Below, piece by piece: positions 9,213 through 18,352 of a stretch of DNA of 64,000 bases. A model generated the notes under the pieces. It made no database searches. It worked only from the letters and a program-made list of their open reading frames with translations, and had not been told where the DNA came from. Source of the DNA: Flavipsychrobacter sp. (GTDB lineage Bacteria > Bacteroidota > Bacteroidia > Chitinophagales > Chitinophagaceae); contig JAEUVY010000127.1 in the NCBI GenBank assembly GCA_016786565.1, positions 4,476 to 68,475 of the forward strand. Direction: 5' to 3'. The first letter of the stretch is position 1. The number at the start of each line of letters is the position of its first letter. Both the position numbers and the translations under genes were made by a program.

Positions 9213-9417
9213 CTGTTACCTCCCTTTTTATCGGTACAGCGCCAACTTCGTAACCAAAAAGCCACAGGACCTGATTCACCTTGTCCATCCTGAGGCTTTC
9301 TTTGCCTTGTTCAAGATCCCGGACGAATCTGAGCCCCACACCGGCTTTCTCGGCCAACTCAGGCTGCCTTAGACCAGATGCCTTTCTTTTTGCCTTTACG
9401 AAATCGCTCAACGACAT
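9199..9417 (-). CDS. XRE-family HTH regulator (HipB-like antitoxin/repressor)
   Basis: 72 aa. ..RKASGLRQPELAEKAGVGLRFVRDLEQGK is a Cro/C1-type HTH. It is the first gene of the three-gene minus-strand operon. Confidence 0.8.
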   Translation of the reverse strand: MSLSDFVKAKRKASGLRQPELAEKAGVGLRFVRDLEQGKESLRMDKVNQVLWLFGYEVGAVPIKREVTDEKG

Positions 9418-9419
9418 TT

Positions 9420-9517
9420 TATACCTTTTGAGGTATAAAGATACGCATTTTACTCAAATTATACCTATTAGGGTATATTTTGTGGCATCGATCCATATTT
9501 ATACCCTTTATGGTATA
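9420..9517. promoter_or_regulatory. Three TATACC-N6-GGTATA operator-like palindromes, 40-bp phased, upstream of the HTH gene
   Basis: Sites at 9420-9437, 9460-9477 and 9500-9517. All have identical 6-bp arms and 6-bp spacers. The first site ends 3 bp from the start codon at 9417. On the gene strand, a TATAATTTG -10/-7-like element overlaps the middle site. Confidence 0.75.
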
Positions 9518-9746
9518 ATTTATGATAAAAACGAGACAAATCCTGATGACAGACAAGTAGTGACATCGGGAACAACAAAGCGGTCTCCTTCTTTCATACA
9601 AAGCTCCACTTAGGAGACCCTGCCAAGGCTCCAGAATTAAAAAATTGCGCACTTCCTGTGAAGTTTCCCCTACTTTTGTTTGATTATCAGCCAAATTTGT
9701 TAAACAAAACAAGAAACGGACGATCAACAACTAAAACCCCGGATGT

Positions 9747-10115
9747 ATGGAAAACGACGATTCAGTTTATTGCTACTATAGCGACCTGCCATCGCCAATG
9801 GCCTATATGGCCGAGGAGGAGGCACCGGCAGAACGAAAACTATCGGTAGCAGATATAGACCGCATCATAGAAATGGCGTGGGAAGACCGCACCCCGTTCG
9901 ATGCTATTGAATTTCAGTTTGGTTTGCGCGAGGACGAGGTGAAGGCGCTGATGAAGAGCCAAATGAAGTTCAGCTCTTATAAACTATGGCGGCAGCGTGT
10001 GGAGGCATGCAGCACCAAACACGCCAAAACGCGGCTGCCCGAGATCAGCAGGTTCAAGTGCAGCATGCAGCGCGATATCTCTTTCAACAAGATCTCTAAA
10101 AGACGTGGCAGGTAA
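9747..10115 (+). CDS. TIGR03643/DUF2805-family protein
   Basis: ..DIDRIIEMAWEDRTPFDAIEFQFGLREDEVKALMK..YKLWRQRV matches the remembered DUF2805 signature. The true start may be an internal Met. Confidence 0.65.
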   Translation: MENDDSVYCYYSDLPSPMAYMAEEEAPAERKLSVADIDRIIEMAWEDRTPFDAIEFQFGLREDEVKALMKSQMKFSSYKLWRQRVEACSTKHAKTRLPEISRFKCSMQRDISFNKISKRRGR

Positions 10116-10136
10116 GCCCCACTGAAAAACAACACG

Positions 10137-10751
10137 ATGCAAACAACATTCTCAGTCGCCGACATACTGAATTTTGAACAACGCTACCGCGCCACCTTCA
10201 TCAACTCGCTCACGGGTTTCAAAAGTGTGGCCCTCATAGGCACCGCGAATGAGGAGGGGCAGACAAACCTGGCCATCTTCAATTCCATCTTTCACCTGGG
10301 TGCCAATCCGCCTATGTTTGGTTTTGTAGTGCGGCCCCACTCGGTTGAGCGCCACACGCTGGACAACATACTGCGCACCGGCACGTTCACGCTAAACCAC
10401 ATTCAGGAGACGTTCTACCAACAGGCGCATCAGACCTCGGCACGCTACCCCGCCCACCAAAGCGAGTTTGACGCCACCGGCCTCACACCCCTGTATCGCG
10501 AGGGTTGCGCCGCGCCATTTGTGCAGCAAAGCAAAATACAGATAGCCGCAGAATTTGTGCGCAAGATAGATGTGGAAGAGAACGGCACGCTGATCATATT
10601 AGCCCGCATCACGGCTGTGTACCTGCCGGAAGATTGTATAGGCGCCGATGGTTACATAGACGTGGAGCAGGCGGGCAGCATCACTTGTGTGGGCCTGGAC
10701 AGTTACCACCGCACCACACGCATTGGCAGATTGCCGTACGCGAAACCGTGA
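10137..10751 (+). CDS. Flavin reductase-like family protein
   Basis: 204 aa. ..FKSVALIGT..GQTNLAIFNS..HLGANPPMFGFVVRP.. is typical of the flavin reductase-like domain. Confidence 0.7.
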   Translation: MQTTFSVADILNFEQRYRATFINSLTGFKSVALIGTANEEGQTNLAIFNSIFHLGANPPMFGFVVRPHSVERHTLDNILRTGTFTLNHIQETFYQQAHQTSARYPAHQSEFDATGLTPLYREGCAAPFVQQSKIQIAAEFVRKIDVEENGTLIILARITAVYLPEDCIGADGYIDVEQAGSITCVGLDSYHRTTRIGRLPYAKP

Positions 10752-10801
10752 GCAGGAGCAGAAGGCAGGGGCAGTGAGAAGTTTCCGGAGCGCAGTGCCC
10801 T

Positions 10802-11788
10802 TTATGATTGGCCCAGGTCTTCGTCGACGTGGGTCTTGAGTGCAGGCAGTTCGCGCGCTTCGCGCTTGATAACAAACACCGCTGTCTTCTTCACGCGCAC
10901 ACCACGCCCCATCTTGCGGGCATACACATCGGTGAACGATGCCCCGAAATACAGGATGATGGCCGAGTAGTAGATCCAAGACAAGAGGATGATAAGTGAT
11001 GCCGCGGCACCATAAGCCGTTATCAGTTTAGAATTAGTAAGGTAGAGCGAGATAAGGAACTTGCCCAGCAGAAAAAGCCCGCCGGTAAACGAAGCACCCA
11101 CCAGCGCGTCCTTCCAGTGTATGCGCGCATCGGGCAGCACCATGAAGATGACCCCGAACAGGAAGGTGACCACTATGAACAGCACACCTGTGTCCACACT
11201 GGTGAGCAACACAATGCTGTCGCTCGGAATGATGTCCTTAAGATACTTCATGTGCTGCAGCTTGCCGGTAAGCACATCGCCTATCACGTTCAGCAGCAGC
11301 GATGCCGTGAGCAGGAAACCGCAACCTATGATGAGCAACAACGACAGCAAACGATCGGTGACCACCTTCAGCCAGCCGCGCTTTGGCTTTGCCTTGACCG
11401 ACCACATATAGTTGATGGAGCTCTTCATCTCAGTGAAGATGCTGGTGGCACTGAACACAAACACTATGATACCTATAATACCGAACAGGGTACTGTTGTT
11501 GCTGGTGTTCATCTTGTCCAGTATGCTCTCCAACTGGTGCGCTTCCTCGGGCCCCACTATATTGGCCACCTGATCGAACACGGCATGTGTGGCGGCGTCC
11601 TTCTTCTTGTAGAAGACACCTATTATATGGATGAGCACCAGCAATAGCGGCCCAATGGCAAATATGGTATAGTAGGCCAGCGACGCGCTGAACTTGGCCA
11701 CGTGGTCTTCTTCAAACTCGTCGATGGTATCTTTTATCACCTCCCAGAAACGGCGCGCCCTGCCTATGGTCTCTTTTTGCACATCCAT
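10802..11788 (-). CDS. YihY/BrkB-family membrane protein
   Basis: 328 aa with multiple TM helices. It has the signature ..FSASLAYYTIFAIGPLLLVLI.. Confidence 0.8.
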   Translation of the reverse strand: MDVQKETIGRARRFWEVIKDTIDEFEEDHVAKFSASLAYYTIFAIGPLLLVLIHIIGVFYKKKDAATHAVFDQVANIVGPEEAHQLESILDKMNTSNNSTLFGIIGIIVFVFSATSIFTEMKSSINYMWSVKAKPKRGWLKVVTDRLLSLLLIIGCGFLLTASLLLNVIGDVLTGKLQHMKYLKDIIPSDSIVLLTSVDTGVLFIVVTFLFGVIFMVLPDARIHWKDALVGASFTGGLFLLGKFLISLYLTNSKLITAYGAAASLIILLSWIYYSAIILYFGASFTDVYARKMGRGVRVKKTAVFVIKREARELPALKTHVDEDLGQS

Positions 11789-11831
11789 TGGCTCAAATGT
11801 AGCTAATATGGGTAAGATTTTGAGTGACGCA

Positions 11832-12164
11832 TCACCATGTCAGATCGGGGTCTGTGGCATCGCTGCGCGACTGCCGGTGTTGCAGTCGGCTGCGCATCTT
11901 TTCCAGCTGGCGGTCATATACCAGCCGGGCTATACGGGCCGGCGCGTCATCTGCCGCCGATATCTCGCGCAGCTTCTTCTCTGATATGTCCAGCCGGTAC
12001 ATCAACTGGTAGAAGGTGCCGGGTCCCTGCGCTATGATGTCGGCCATGCGTAGAGTGAGCAGTTTCAGGATGGTCTCTTCAGAAATGAGGTCGGGCATCT
12101 GTATGCCCCACTCGCCATGCAGTGCCATGGCCGTGTTTTGCAGTAACTCTATACCCTGTTCCAT
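11832..12164 (-). CDS. Conserved hypothetical protein
   Basis: 110-aa ORF with normal composition, tightly packed upstream of the YihY gene. I recognise no family. Confidence 0.5.
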   Translation of the reverse strand: MEQGIELLQNTAMALHGEWGIQMPDLISEETILKLLTLRMADIIAQGPGTFYQLMYRLDISEKKLREISAADDAPARIARLVYDRQLEKMRSRLQHRQSRSDATDPDLTW

Positions 12165-12170
12165 AGGCTG

Positions 12171-13298
12171 TTATTTCTCCACGCAACGCATCATACAAGC
12201 CCACAGCTTATCGGCCGAGGACTGCCAGTTGAACTTCGCTACCTGTGCCGGGGCGTTCTGTATCAGCTTTGTGCGCAGTGCTTCGTCCTTATATAACTGG
12301 TGCATCTTGGTGGCAATATCTTCGGGGTCGGTGGGGTCTACCAGTAGGGCCGCATCGCCGGCCACCTCGGGCATACTCGATGTGTTGCTGGCTATAGCGG
12401 GCACATTGCACTGCAGTGCCTCCAGAATGGGGATACCAAACCCTTCGAACAGGGAGGCATATACCAGGGCATAAGCCCCGCCTATCACCTTCGACAGTTC
12501 GTCCACATTCATATAACCCACCCACTTCACTTCATCTTTAAACGGCATGGTGGCGCGCATCTCCTCTACTTCCTCATACTTCCACGCCATGCGGCCCACT
12601 ATCACCAGCTTCATATTGGTGCGCTGGCGTTTTTTGAAGATCACAAACGCCTTCAGCAGGTTCACAATGTTCTTGCGGGGGTGCAGGGCGCCGGCAAACA
12701 CAAAGTATTCGCAACCATCGGCATACCTGGCCTTCACATCATCGCGCTCGGCCGATGTGAGCGGACGGTACTCGCTGTGCGCGCCATTATAGACAACATC
12801 TATATTATCGGGGGCAATGCCGTAGTGCTCGCTGATGTCGGTCTTGGAGAACGTGGACACCGTGGCTATACGCTTGGCCTTGCGGGCAAACAGCGGCGAA
12901 TAGTGCCTCCAGTAGAGCTTGTGGCTCAGCACATAGTGTTCGGGATAATGTTCGAACGCCAGATCGTGTATCACCAGGCAGGTAGGCACCTTTGTGCTCA
13001 GCGACAGGTAGCCGTCGGTAGACAGGAACAGGTCGGCCTTGTACTTGCGCAGCAGCATGGGCAGGCTCCACTCGAACCACAGGTAGAACAACACCGGGTG
13101 CCGCGCCTGCGGATGCACCACTACCGGGGTGACATTGGGCGCAAAAACGAACTGGGGATCATAAGGCCGGTCGAAAAAGAAGATAAACTCATGCTCGGGA
13201 TGCTGCTTCACGATCCGTTCAAGCGTCTGACTGGTGAACCAGCCTATACCTTCCAATTTGCCCTTCAGCAGCAAACGTGTATTTACAGCAATACGCAT
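12171..13298 (-). CDS. Glycosyltransferase family 4 (GT-B, GT1/GT4 type)
   Basis: 375 aa. C-terminal motif ..ASLFEGFGIPILEALQCNVPAIASNTSSMPEVAGDAALLVDP (E-x7-E type). Confidence 0.9.
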   Translation of the reverse strand: MRIAVNTRLLLKGKLEGIGWFTSQTLERIVKQHPEHEFIFFFDRPYDPQFVFAPNVTPVVVHPQARHPVLFYLWFEWSLPMLLRKYKADLFLSTDGYLSLSTKVPTCLVIHDLAFEHYPEHYVLSHKLYWRHYSPLFARKAKRIATVSTFSKTDISEHYGIAPDNIDVVYNGAHSEYRPLTSAERDDVKARYADGCEYFVFAGALHPRKNIVNLLKAFVIFKKRQRTNMKLVIVGRMAWKYEEVEEMRATMPFKDEVKWVGYMNVDELSKVIGGAYALVYASLFEGFGIPILEALQCNVPAIASNTSSMPEVAGDAALLVDPTDPEDIATKMHQLYKDEALRTKLIQNAPAQVAKFNWQSSADKLWACMMRCVEK

Positions 13299-13353
13299 AC
13301 CTTATGCCGACAAAAATATACTTTTACCGCTTTATCCGCCGTTATTTGTAGGC

Positions 13354-14835
13354 ATGCAGCGTTTTTTTGTAAAAAATATCCTTTTTGTCATCGCGGTGAA
13401 CCTGCTGGTGAAGCCTTTATGGGTACTTTTTATAGACCGTACCGTGCAGAACACCGTACCCGCTGCCTCCTACGGCACCTACCAGGCATTGTTCAGTCTG
13501 GGCATCATTTTCCAGACCGTCCTCGACTTCGGTATCAGCAATTACAACAGCAAGACCATCTCCGGCCATCCCGAGCGGCTGCAGGAGTTGTTTCCGGCCA
13601 TGCTGTCGGCACGGCTGGTGCTTATGTTCCTGTATATGCTGGTGGCCGGCACCTGGGGTTTTGTGCTGGGCTACCGCGGCTGGGAGCTCACCCTGCTGGC
13701 GGGTATCCTCCTCATTCACTCGCTCAATGCGCTGCTGGCGTTCATCCGCAGCAATGTGGCCGCCCTGCACCGCTTCAAGACCGATGCCGTGCTGTCCATC
13801 ACCGACCGCATGCTCATGATCATCATCTGCGGCTTCCTGTTGCTGTACCCGGCCACCGCTGCCGTGTTCCGCATACAGTGGTTCGTCATCACCCAGATCG
13901 TGTGCTACTTTATAGCCGCCATGGCGGGTTATATAGTGCTGCGCCGGCTGGGCAAGGTGAAGCTCAGCTTCTCCTTCAGCGTGCCCGAGATCATGGGCGT
14001 TGTGCGCAACAGCTTTCCCTACGCCCTGCTCATCTTCCTGATGTCCATCTATAACCGTGCCGATGCCATTATGATAGAGCGTATGTGTACCGATGGCAAG
14101 GCGCAGGCCGGCATCTGGGCCGCTGCCTTCCGCCTGTTGGATATGGTCAACATCTTCGGTCTTATGTTCGCCACCATGCTGCTGCCCCTCTTCGGGCGCA
14201 TGCTGGCACAGAAGGAAGACGTGCAACCCATAGCCAAGCTGTGCATGAACATGATGGTGCCCGTATCGGTGATAGCGGCCATAGCGGCATGGTTCTATGG
14301 CGGCGACATCATGTACCTGCTCTATCGCAAGAGCGAGATCTACCCCACCCATGCCGAAAGTTACCGCCTCGTGTTCTCCATCCTCATGCTGTCGTTCCCG
14401 GCATGGTGTGTCATGTATGTGTACTCTACACTACTCACCGCCAATGGTAGTATGAAAACGCTGAACGCTATTGCCGCGGCAGGTGTGGTCTTCAACCTTA
14501 CGCTGAACTATGTGCTGGTGCCCCGCTACAATGCCATAGGCGGCGCCATCACCTCGCTGGCCACACAAACGGGTCTGGCGCTGGTGTTCTTCATTGCCGC
14601 CGTGCGGGTCATTAAACTGCCGCTCAATGCCCGCTGGCTTTTGGCGCATGTGGGCTTCGGCGCGCTGGTGGCGGCGCTGGGTTTCGGTATTGCGCGCTAC
14701 ACGCCGTCGTTGTCGCACCCGGTGCAACTGGTGTTGTTTGGCGCCATCAGCACCGTGCTCATCTTTGTGTTCCGGTTCGTGTCGGTAGGCAATCTCAAAC
14801 AACTCATGAACCGCAAGGTAGAGGCTGCCGCCTAA
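13354..14835 (+). CDS. Polysaccharide/oligosaccharide flippase (MOP/Wzx-like) membrane protein
   Basis: About 490 aa and polytopic. Start taken at ATG 13354 (MQRFFVKNILFVIAVNLLVKPLW). It is divergent from the glycosyltransferase gene. Confidence 0.7.
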   Translation: MQRFFVKNILFVIAVNLLVKPLWVLFIDRTVQNTVPAASYGTYQALFSLGIIFQTVLDFGISNYNSKTISGHPERLQELFPAMLSARLVLMFLYMLVAGTWGFVLGYRGWELTLLAGILLIHSLNALLAFIRSNVAALHRFKTDAVLSITDRMLMIIICGFLLLYPATAAVFRIQWFVITQIVCYFIAAMAGYIVLRRLGKVKLSFSFSVPEIMGVVRNSFPYALLIFLMSIYNRADAIMIERMCTDGKAQAGIWAAAFRLLDMVNIFGLMFATMLLPLFGRMLAQKEDVQPIAKLCMNMMVPVSVIAAIAAWFYGGDIMYLLYRKSEIYPTHAESYRLVFSILMLSFPAWCVMYVYSTLLTANGSMKTLNAIAAAGVVFNLTLNYVLVPRYNAIGGAITSLATQTGLALVFFIAAVRVIKLPLNARWLLAHVGFGALVAALGFGIARYTPSLSHPVQLVLFGAISTVLIFVFRFVSVGNLKQLMNRKVEAAA

Positions 14836-14877
14836 CAAAACAGCTACCGTTTCCGGTAGCTGCCTGCTTGTCTTTTT

Positions 14878-15339
14878 TTATGCACCAAACTGTTTCAGAT
14901 GGTGGTCCAGATGTTTGTAGAACATATTGTTCCATTCTGTCTTGTTCAGCACACCAAACGAGTGCGACGGCTTCCCGTCAAAATAGCTTTCGCCCATCTG
15001 GCGCGTCTTGCGCACAAAACCTATCAGGCGCTGTTTCTCTTCCTCAAAGTTCTTGTCGTCCTTTATAATGAAATCGGGTGCTGTGGGCAGGCCCTGCTTG
15101 TAGGGCTGCTCGTTCACAATATTGCCTTTTACAAAGGTCTTCAGTATCAGGCCCATGATCAGGTTGGGCTTTTTGTACTTGTTCTCTTCAAACACATACT
15201 CATAACTGACACAGCAATGGGCCAGCATTTGCGATACAGACATTTTGCCCCACTGCGGGCGCGTTTCGGGTGTCAGTTGGTTGATACGGGAGATGAGTGT
15301 TTCCTCAACTTCAATGGTGAATACGTTAGGTAGAGCCAT
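14878..15339 (-). CDS. DUF1569/DinB-like protein
   Basis: 153 aa. ..PQWGKMSVSQMLAHC.. and the C-terminal ..YKHLDHHLKQFGA match the remembered DUF1569 pattern. Confidence 0.65.
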   Translation of the reverse strand: MALPNVFTIEVEETLISRINQLTPETRPQWGKMSVSQMLAHCCVSYEYVFEENKYKKPNLIMGLILKTFVKGNIVNEQPYKQGLPTAPDFIIKDDKNFEEEKQRLIGFVRKTRQMGESYFDGKPSHSFGVLNKTEWNNMFYKHLDHHLKQFGA

Positions 15340-15379
15340 ATAAGTAATTTTTGTAAAGATGCGATTTTTTCTAACATTT

Positions 15380-15688
15380 CTACCATTTCATGTGCGGCCA
15401 CCGGCTCTGGAAGAAATAGTACGACGGCGCTTTCTGCTTCAGTGCCTGCACCTCGTCGGCATGTTCCTGCACCAGTGCCGATATGGTTGCCGGCGACAGA
15501 TAAAACTCCGCCACCAGTAGTCGCAGAATGTCTTCGTAGCATTTGTTCTTCAGATAGCCATAATAATAGTAGCGCGCCAGCAGGCATTCATTGCGCTTGT
15601 GCAGCAGGGTGTTGCTGCGGCCCTTGCGCGCGCGGGTGGTTATGGCCGGCTCGCGCATCAGTTCGTTAAAGATCCTTTGTCCTCTCAT
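15380..15688 (-). CDS. Small conserved hypothetical protein
   Basis: 102-aa ORF with plausible composition. Antisense ORFs overlap it. I can support no family. Confidence 0.45.
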   Translation of the reverse strand: MRGQRIFNELMREPAITTRARKGRSNTLLHKRNECLLARYYYYGYLKNKCYEDILRLLVAEFYLSPATISALVQEHADEVQALKQKAPSYYFFQSRWPHMKW

Positions 15689-15936
15689 AGTTGATAGATG
15701 TTATAGCACAAAAATAAAAGCGCCCTGCATGCCGCTGGAGTCAATAACATATTACAGTTTCGCCACAACACCCCTGCAATGCCCTGCTGCCGTGGGTTTC
15801 GGCCTGTCCTGCCACCCGCGCCAACCCACCCAAAATGTGGATATGTCCTTCATTTTTCGTGCCGCGGCTGCCACGCCGGTTGTTTTTGTGGCCCGCATGC
15901 GGGGTGTGATATGTTGCGGCTCATTACATTTGTCTT

Positions 15937-16860
15937 GTGCGTTGCCGCCTCATATACCTGCTGCTGTCGCTTGTGTGTGCCACACAGGCGCGGGCGCAGT
16001 TGTGGCAGTGGCCGTCGGCCGGGGTCAATGCCGGAGTGGTGTCGGCCATCGGCAATAGGTTTCAGCGCATAGGCCTCTCGGTGCAGGCATACTATGGCTA
16101 CCGCCACGTGCAGGGCAATGCCGAGGTGCGCTGGTACCGCAACTTCCGCACCCCGGGGCCACGACTGCCCCACAACGAACTGGTGACCGCCGCTGGTATA
16201 GTATATGCCTGGGGGCCGCCACCAGTATGGAAAGATCCCTTTATCTCGGTAACGGGCAACCAGACCGGCCACCGCAACAGTGCGGGTTATTCCTACAACT
16301 ACTACTGGAACCGCATAGGCACCCGACAGCAAACAGGCATCATCTCGGTGCAGATAGACAGGTTCGGGCTCATCTCGGAGAACGACCTCTTTGCCCGCCC
16401 CACGCTCGACCGCTTCCGCACTGGCGCGGTGCTGGTGCAATACCGCTACCGCGATGTAGCCCAACTGGCGCTGAACTGCACTATGTGGACCGGCCAGATG
16501 GGCACCAACAAGATCACGGGCGATCCCTCTTTTCCACACTATGGTTACATGGACACCACCGGCGGCCGCTATACCCGCTTCTCGCACGGACTGCTGAGCG
16601 CGCAAGGCAAGGTGCACCTGGGTGCCGGGCAGGTGGCGCAGGCCAATGCCGGTATAGATGCCGAGCAGGTGCGCAACGCTTTGCAGAACCGCCTGTTTCA
16701 CGACATGGTGTTCATCCCCCGCCGCTGGCGCCAACCCAAGAACTGCCACATACCCATGCTGGACACCGCCGGCAACCCCTACCTATACCGCCCCGGCCAA
16801 CACATCAAAAAAGCCACTCCCTACTGGAATGTGTTCAACGCGCCGTTTGTGTTTTATTGA
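15937..16860 (+). CDS. Secreted hypothetical protein
   Basis: Signal peptide MRCRLIYLLLSLVCATQARAQ. Composition is Tyr/Gly/Asn-rich and beta-like, with an aromatic C-terminus (..APFVFY). The overlapping ORFs 15850-16749(-) and 16227-16991(+) have Arg/His/Pro-rich junk composition. Confidence 0.6.
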   Translation: MRCRLIYLLLSLVCATQARAQLWQWPSAGVNAGVVSAIGNRFQRIGLSVQAYYGYRHVQGNAEVRWYRNFRTPGPRLPHNELVTAAGIVYAWGPPPVWKDPFISVTGNQTGHRNSAGYSYNYYWNRIGTRQQTGIISVQIDRFGLISENDLFARPTLDRFRTGAVLVQYRYRDVAQLALNCTMWTGQMGTNKITGDPSFPHYGYMDTTGGRYTRFSHGLLSAQGKVHLGAGQVAQANAGIDAEQVRNALQNRLFHDMVFIPRRWRQPKNCHIPMLDTAGNPYLYRPGQHIKKATPYWNVFNAPFVFY

Positions 16861-16901
16861 TTTGGGGGAATTGGGAGGATGCTGCAGGGCTACCCGCACC
16901 C

Positions 16902-17088
16902 ATATGTAAAGATTTCACCCAAAATCTTTACATATCCGGGGCATTTGTAAAAAATCTTTACATATCGTTTTGGGGAGGTGCGCGGGCATGATAATCGGAG
17001 ATTTTATTCTATATATTGGTCGATATGTAAAGATTTCACCCAAAATCTTTCTATATTTACACCATCTGTAAAAAATCTTTCAACATGG
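16902..17088. promoter_or_regulatory. Duplicated operator region upstream of fic: 34-bp palindrome plus downstream half-site, two copies 121 bp apart
   Basis: Copy 1: ATATGTAAAGATTT-CACCCA-AAATCTTTACATAT at 16902-16935 (perfect 14-bp arms), then TGTAAAAAATCTTTACATAT at 16946-16965. Copy 2: 17023-17056 (two mismatches in the right arm), then TGTAAAAAATCTTTCAACATGG at 17067-17088, which overlaps the fic ATG at 17085. Confidence 0.75.
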
Positions 17089-18179
17089 CATGGACAGATC
17101 CGGAAGCACCGTTTAATGAATTGCCCAACCTGCCGCCGGCCACACAGGTGGAAACCACAGCAGTGCTGAAAAAGTCTATTACGGCCAATAAGTACCTTGC
17201 TGAGCTAAAAGGCTCCTGCCTTCGCCTGCCCGATCCGGGATTGCTGCTCAATACCGTTATACTACAGGAAAGTAAAGACAGCTCTGCCATAGAAAATATT
17301 GTCACAACACAAGACGCCTTATATCAGGCCATCTTAGATCCTTCCGATGGGGTGCCGTCTGAAGTGAAGGAGGTGTTGCGTTACCGCGAAGCCATGTATG
17401 CCGGTATCGACGAAATGAACAGGACCGGACTTATCAGATCGGGGCTGGCAATAAATATAATGTGCAAGCTGAGAGGTATAAATAATCAGGGGTTCAGAAC
17501 CCTACCCGGCACCAAACTAAGCAATCCGCAAAGCCAAAGAACAATATACACGCCCCCCGATCCGCAATTTGTATCAGGCAAAATGACGGAATGGGAAAAG
17601 TTTGTGAACGAGAACGAAGACTTCGACCCATTGGTCAAAATGGCCCTGATGCATTATCAACTGGAGGCCATCCACCCCTTCAGCGATGGCAACGGCCGCA
17701 CAGGCCGCATACTAAATGTACTGTACCTCATGCAGCAGAACTTGCTGACACAGCCTGTACTCTACCACAGCTCCTACATTATTCAGCACAAAGCCGACTA
17801 CTACCGTTGCCTGAGAGAAGTGACAGAAAAAGACGCCTGGGAAGCATGGATCTTATTCATGCTCGATGCGGTAATTGAGACCTCACAAAAAACCCTGACG
17901 TTCATAGACAAGACGCTGTCGCTGAAAGAAGAGACATTGGCAATTCTGAAAACACTCTCTCAAAAAATGCCGGCATACGAACTGAACGAAATACTATACA
18001 GCCTGCCCTACCTGAAAATTAAAACCCTAATTGATAAAAATATGGGAACCCGCCCCACTGTCACAGGATACCTTGACGCATTGGCAGAAAAAGGCCTGCT
18101 GATAACAAGAAAAGTAGGCCGCGAAAAGTACTACATCAACCATAGGTTGATGGCGTTGCTGACGGGTCCGGTGGAATAG
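17085..18179 (+). CDS. Fic-family protein (class II, with N-terminal inhibitory helix and C-terminal winged-helix domain)
   Basis: Canonical Fic motif HPFSDGNGRTGR (res 197-208, nt 17673-17708). Inhibitory motif [ST]xxxE[GN] = SSAIEN (res 66-71). C-terminal wHTH-like ..RPTVTGYLDALAEKGLLITRKVGREKYY. Confidence 0.93.
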   Translation: MAWTDPEAPFNELPNLPPATQVETTAVLKKSITANKYLAELKGSCLRLPDPGLLLNTVILQESKDSSAIENIVTTQDALYQAILDPSDGVPSEVKEVLRYREAMYAGIDEMNRTGLIRSGLAINIMCKLRGINNQGFRTLPGTKLSNPQSQRTIYTPPDPQFVSGKMTEWEKFVNENEDFDPLVKMALMHYQLEAIHPFSDGNGRTGRILNVLYLMQQNLLTQPVLYHSSYIIQHKADYYRCLREVTEKDAWEAWILFMLDAVIETSQKTLTFIDKTLSLKEETLAILKTLSQKMPAYELNEILYSLPYLKIKTLIDKNMGTRPTVTGYLDALAEKGLLITRKVGREKYYINHRLMALLTGPVE

Positions 18180-18272
18180 TAGTCAGACGAATAATTAATG
18201 CAGAAACGAACAGGTGGAAAGCCAGTTTGGCATATTCTAGACATTTTGGTATTCCTACAAACTCCCCAATTT

Positions 18273-18313
18273 GAAACGCCAGAATGCAGTGTTATCCTGC
18301 GCTCTGGCGTTTC
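18273..18313. terminator. Hairpin between the convergent fic and RT genes
   Basis: GAAACGCCAGA-N19-TCTGGCGTTTC (11-bp perfect stem). There is no strong T-tract on either strand, so terminator function is tentative. Confidence 0.4.
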
Positions 18314-18352
18314 TTGATAAATAGGGTATAATTGTAGTCGATAGAACACGAA

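Noticed and set aside
12681-14352. Very long ORFs antisense to, or out of frame with, recognisable genes. Examples: 12681-14054 (457 aa), 13417-14352, 15850-16749, 16227-16991, 23186-24157, 24164-25135, 24418-25347, 44949-45947, 46412-47512 (366 aa), 56063-57151 and 61508-62455.
   Set aside because: Their translations are Arg/His/Pro/Cys/Gln-rich with no motifs. In each case another frame or strand encodes a protein with clear family signatures (flippase, kinase, sheath, capsid, LutB, UbiD). Long stop-free alternative frames are expected in GC-rich coding DNA.
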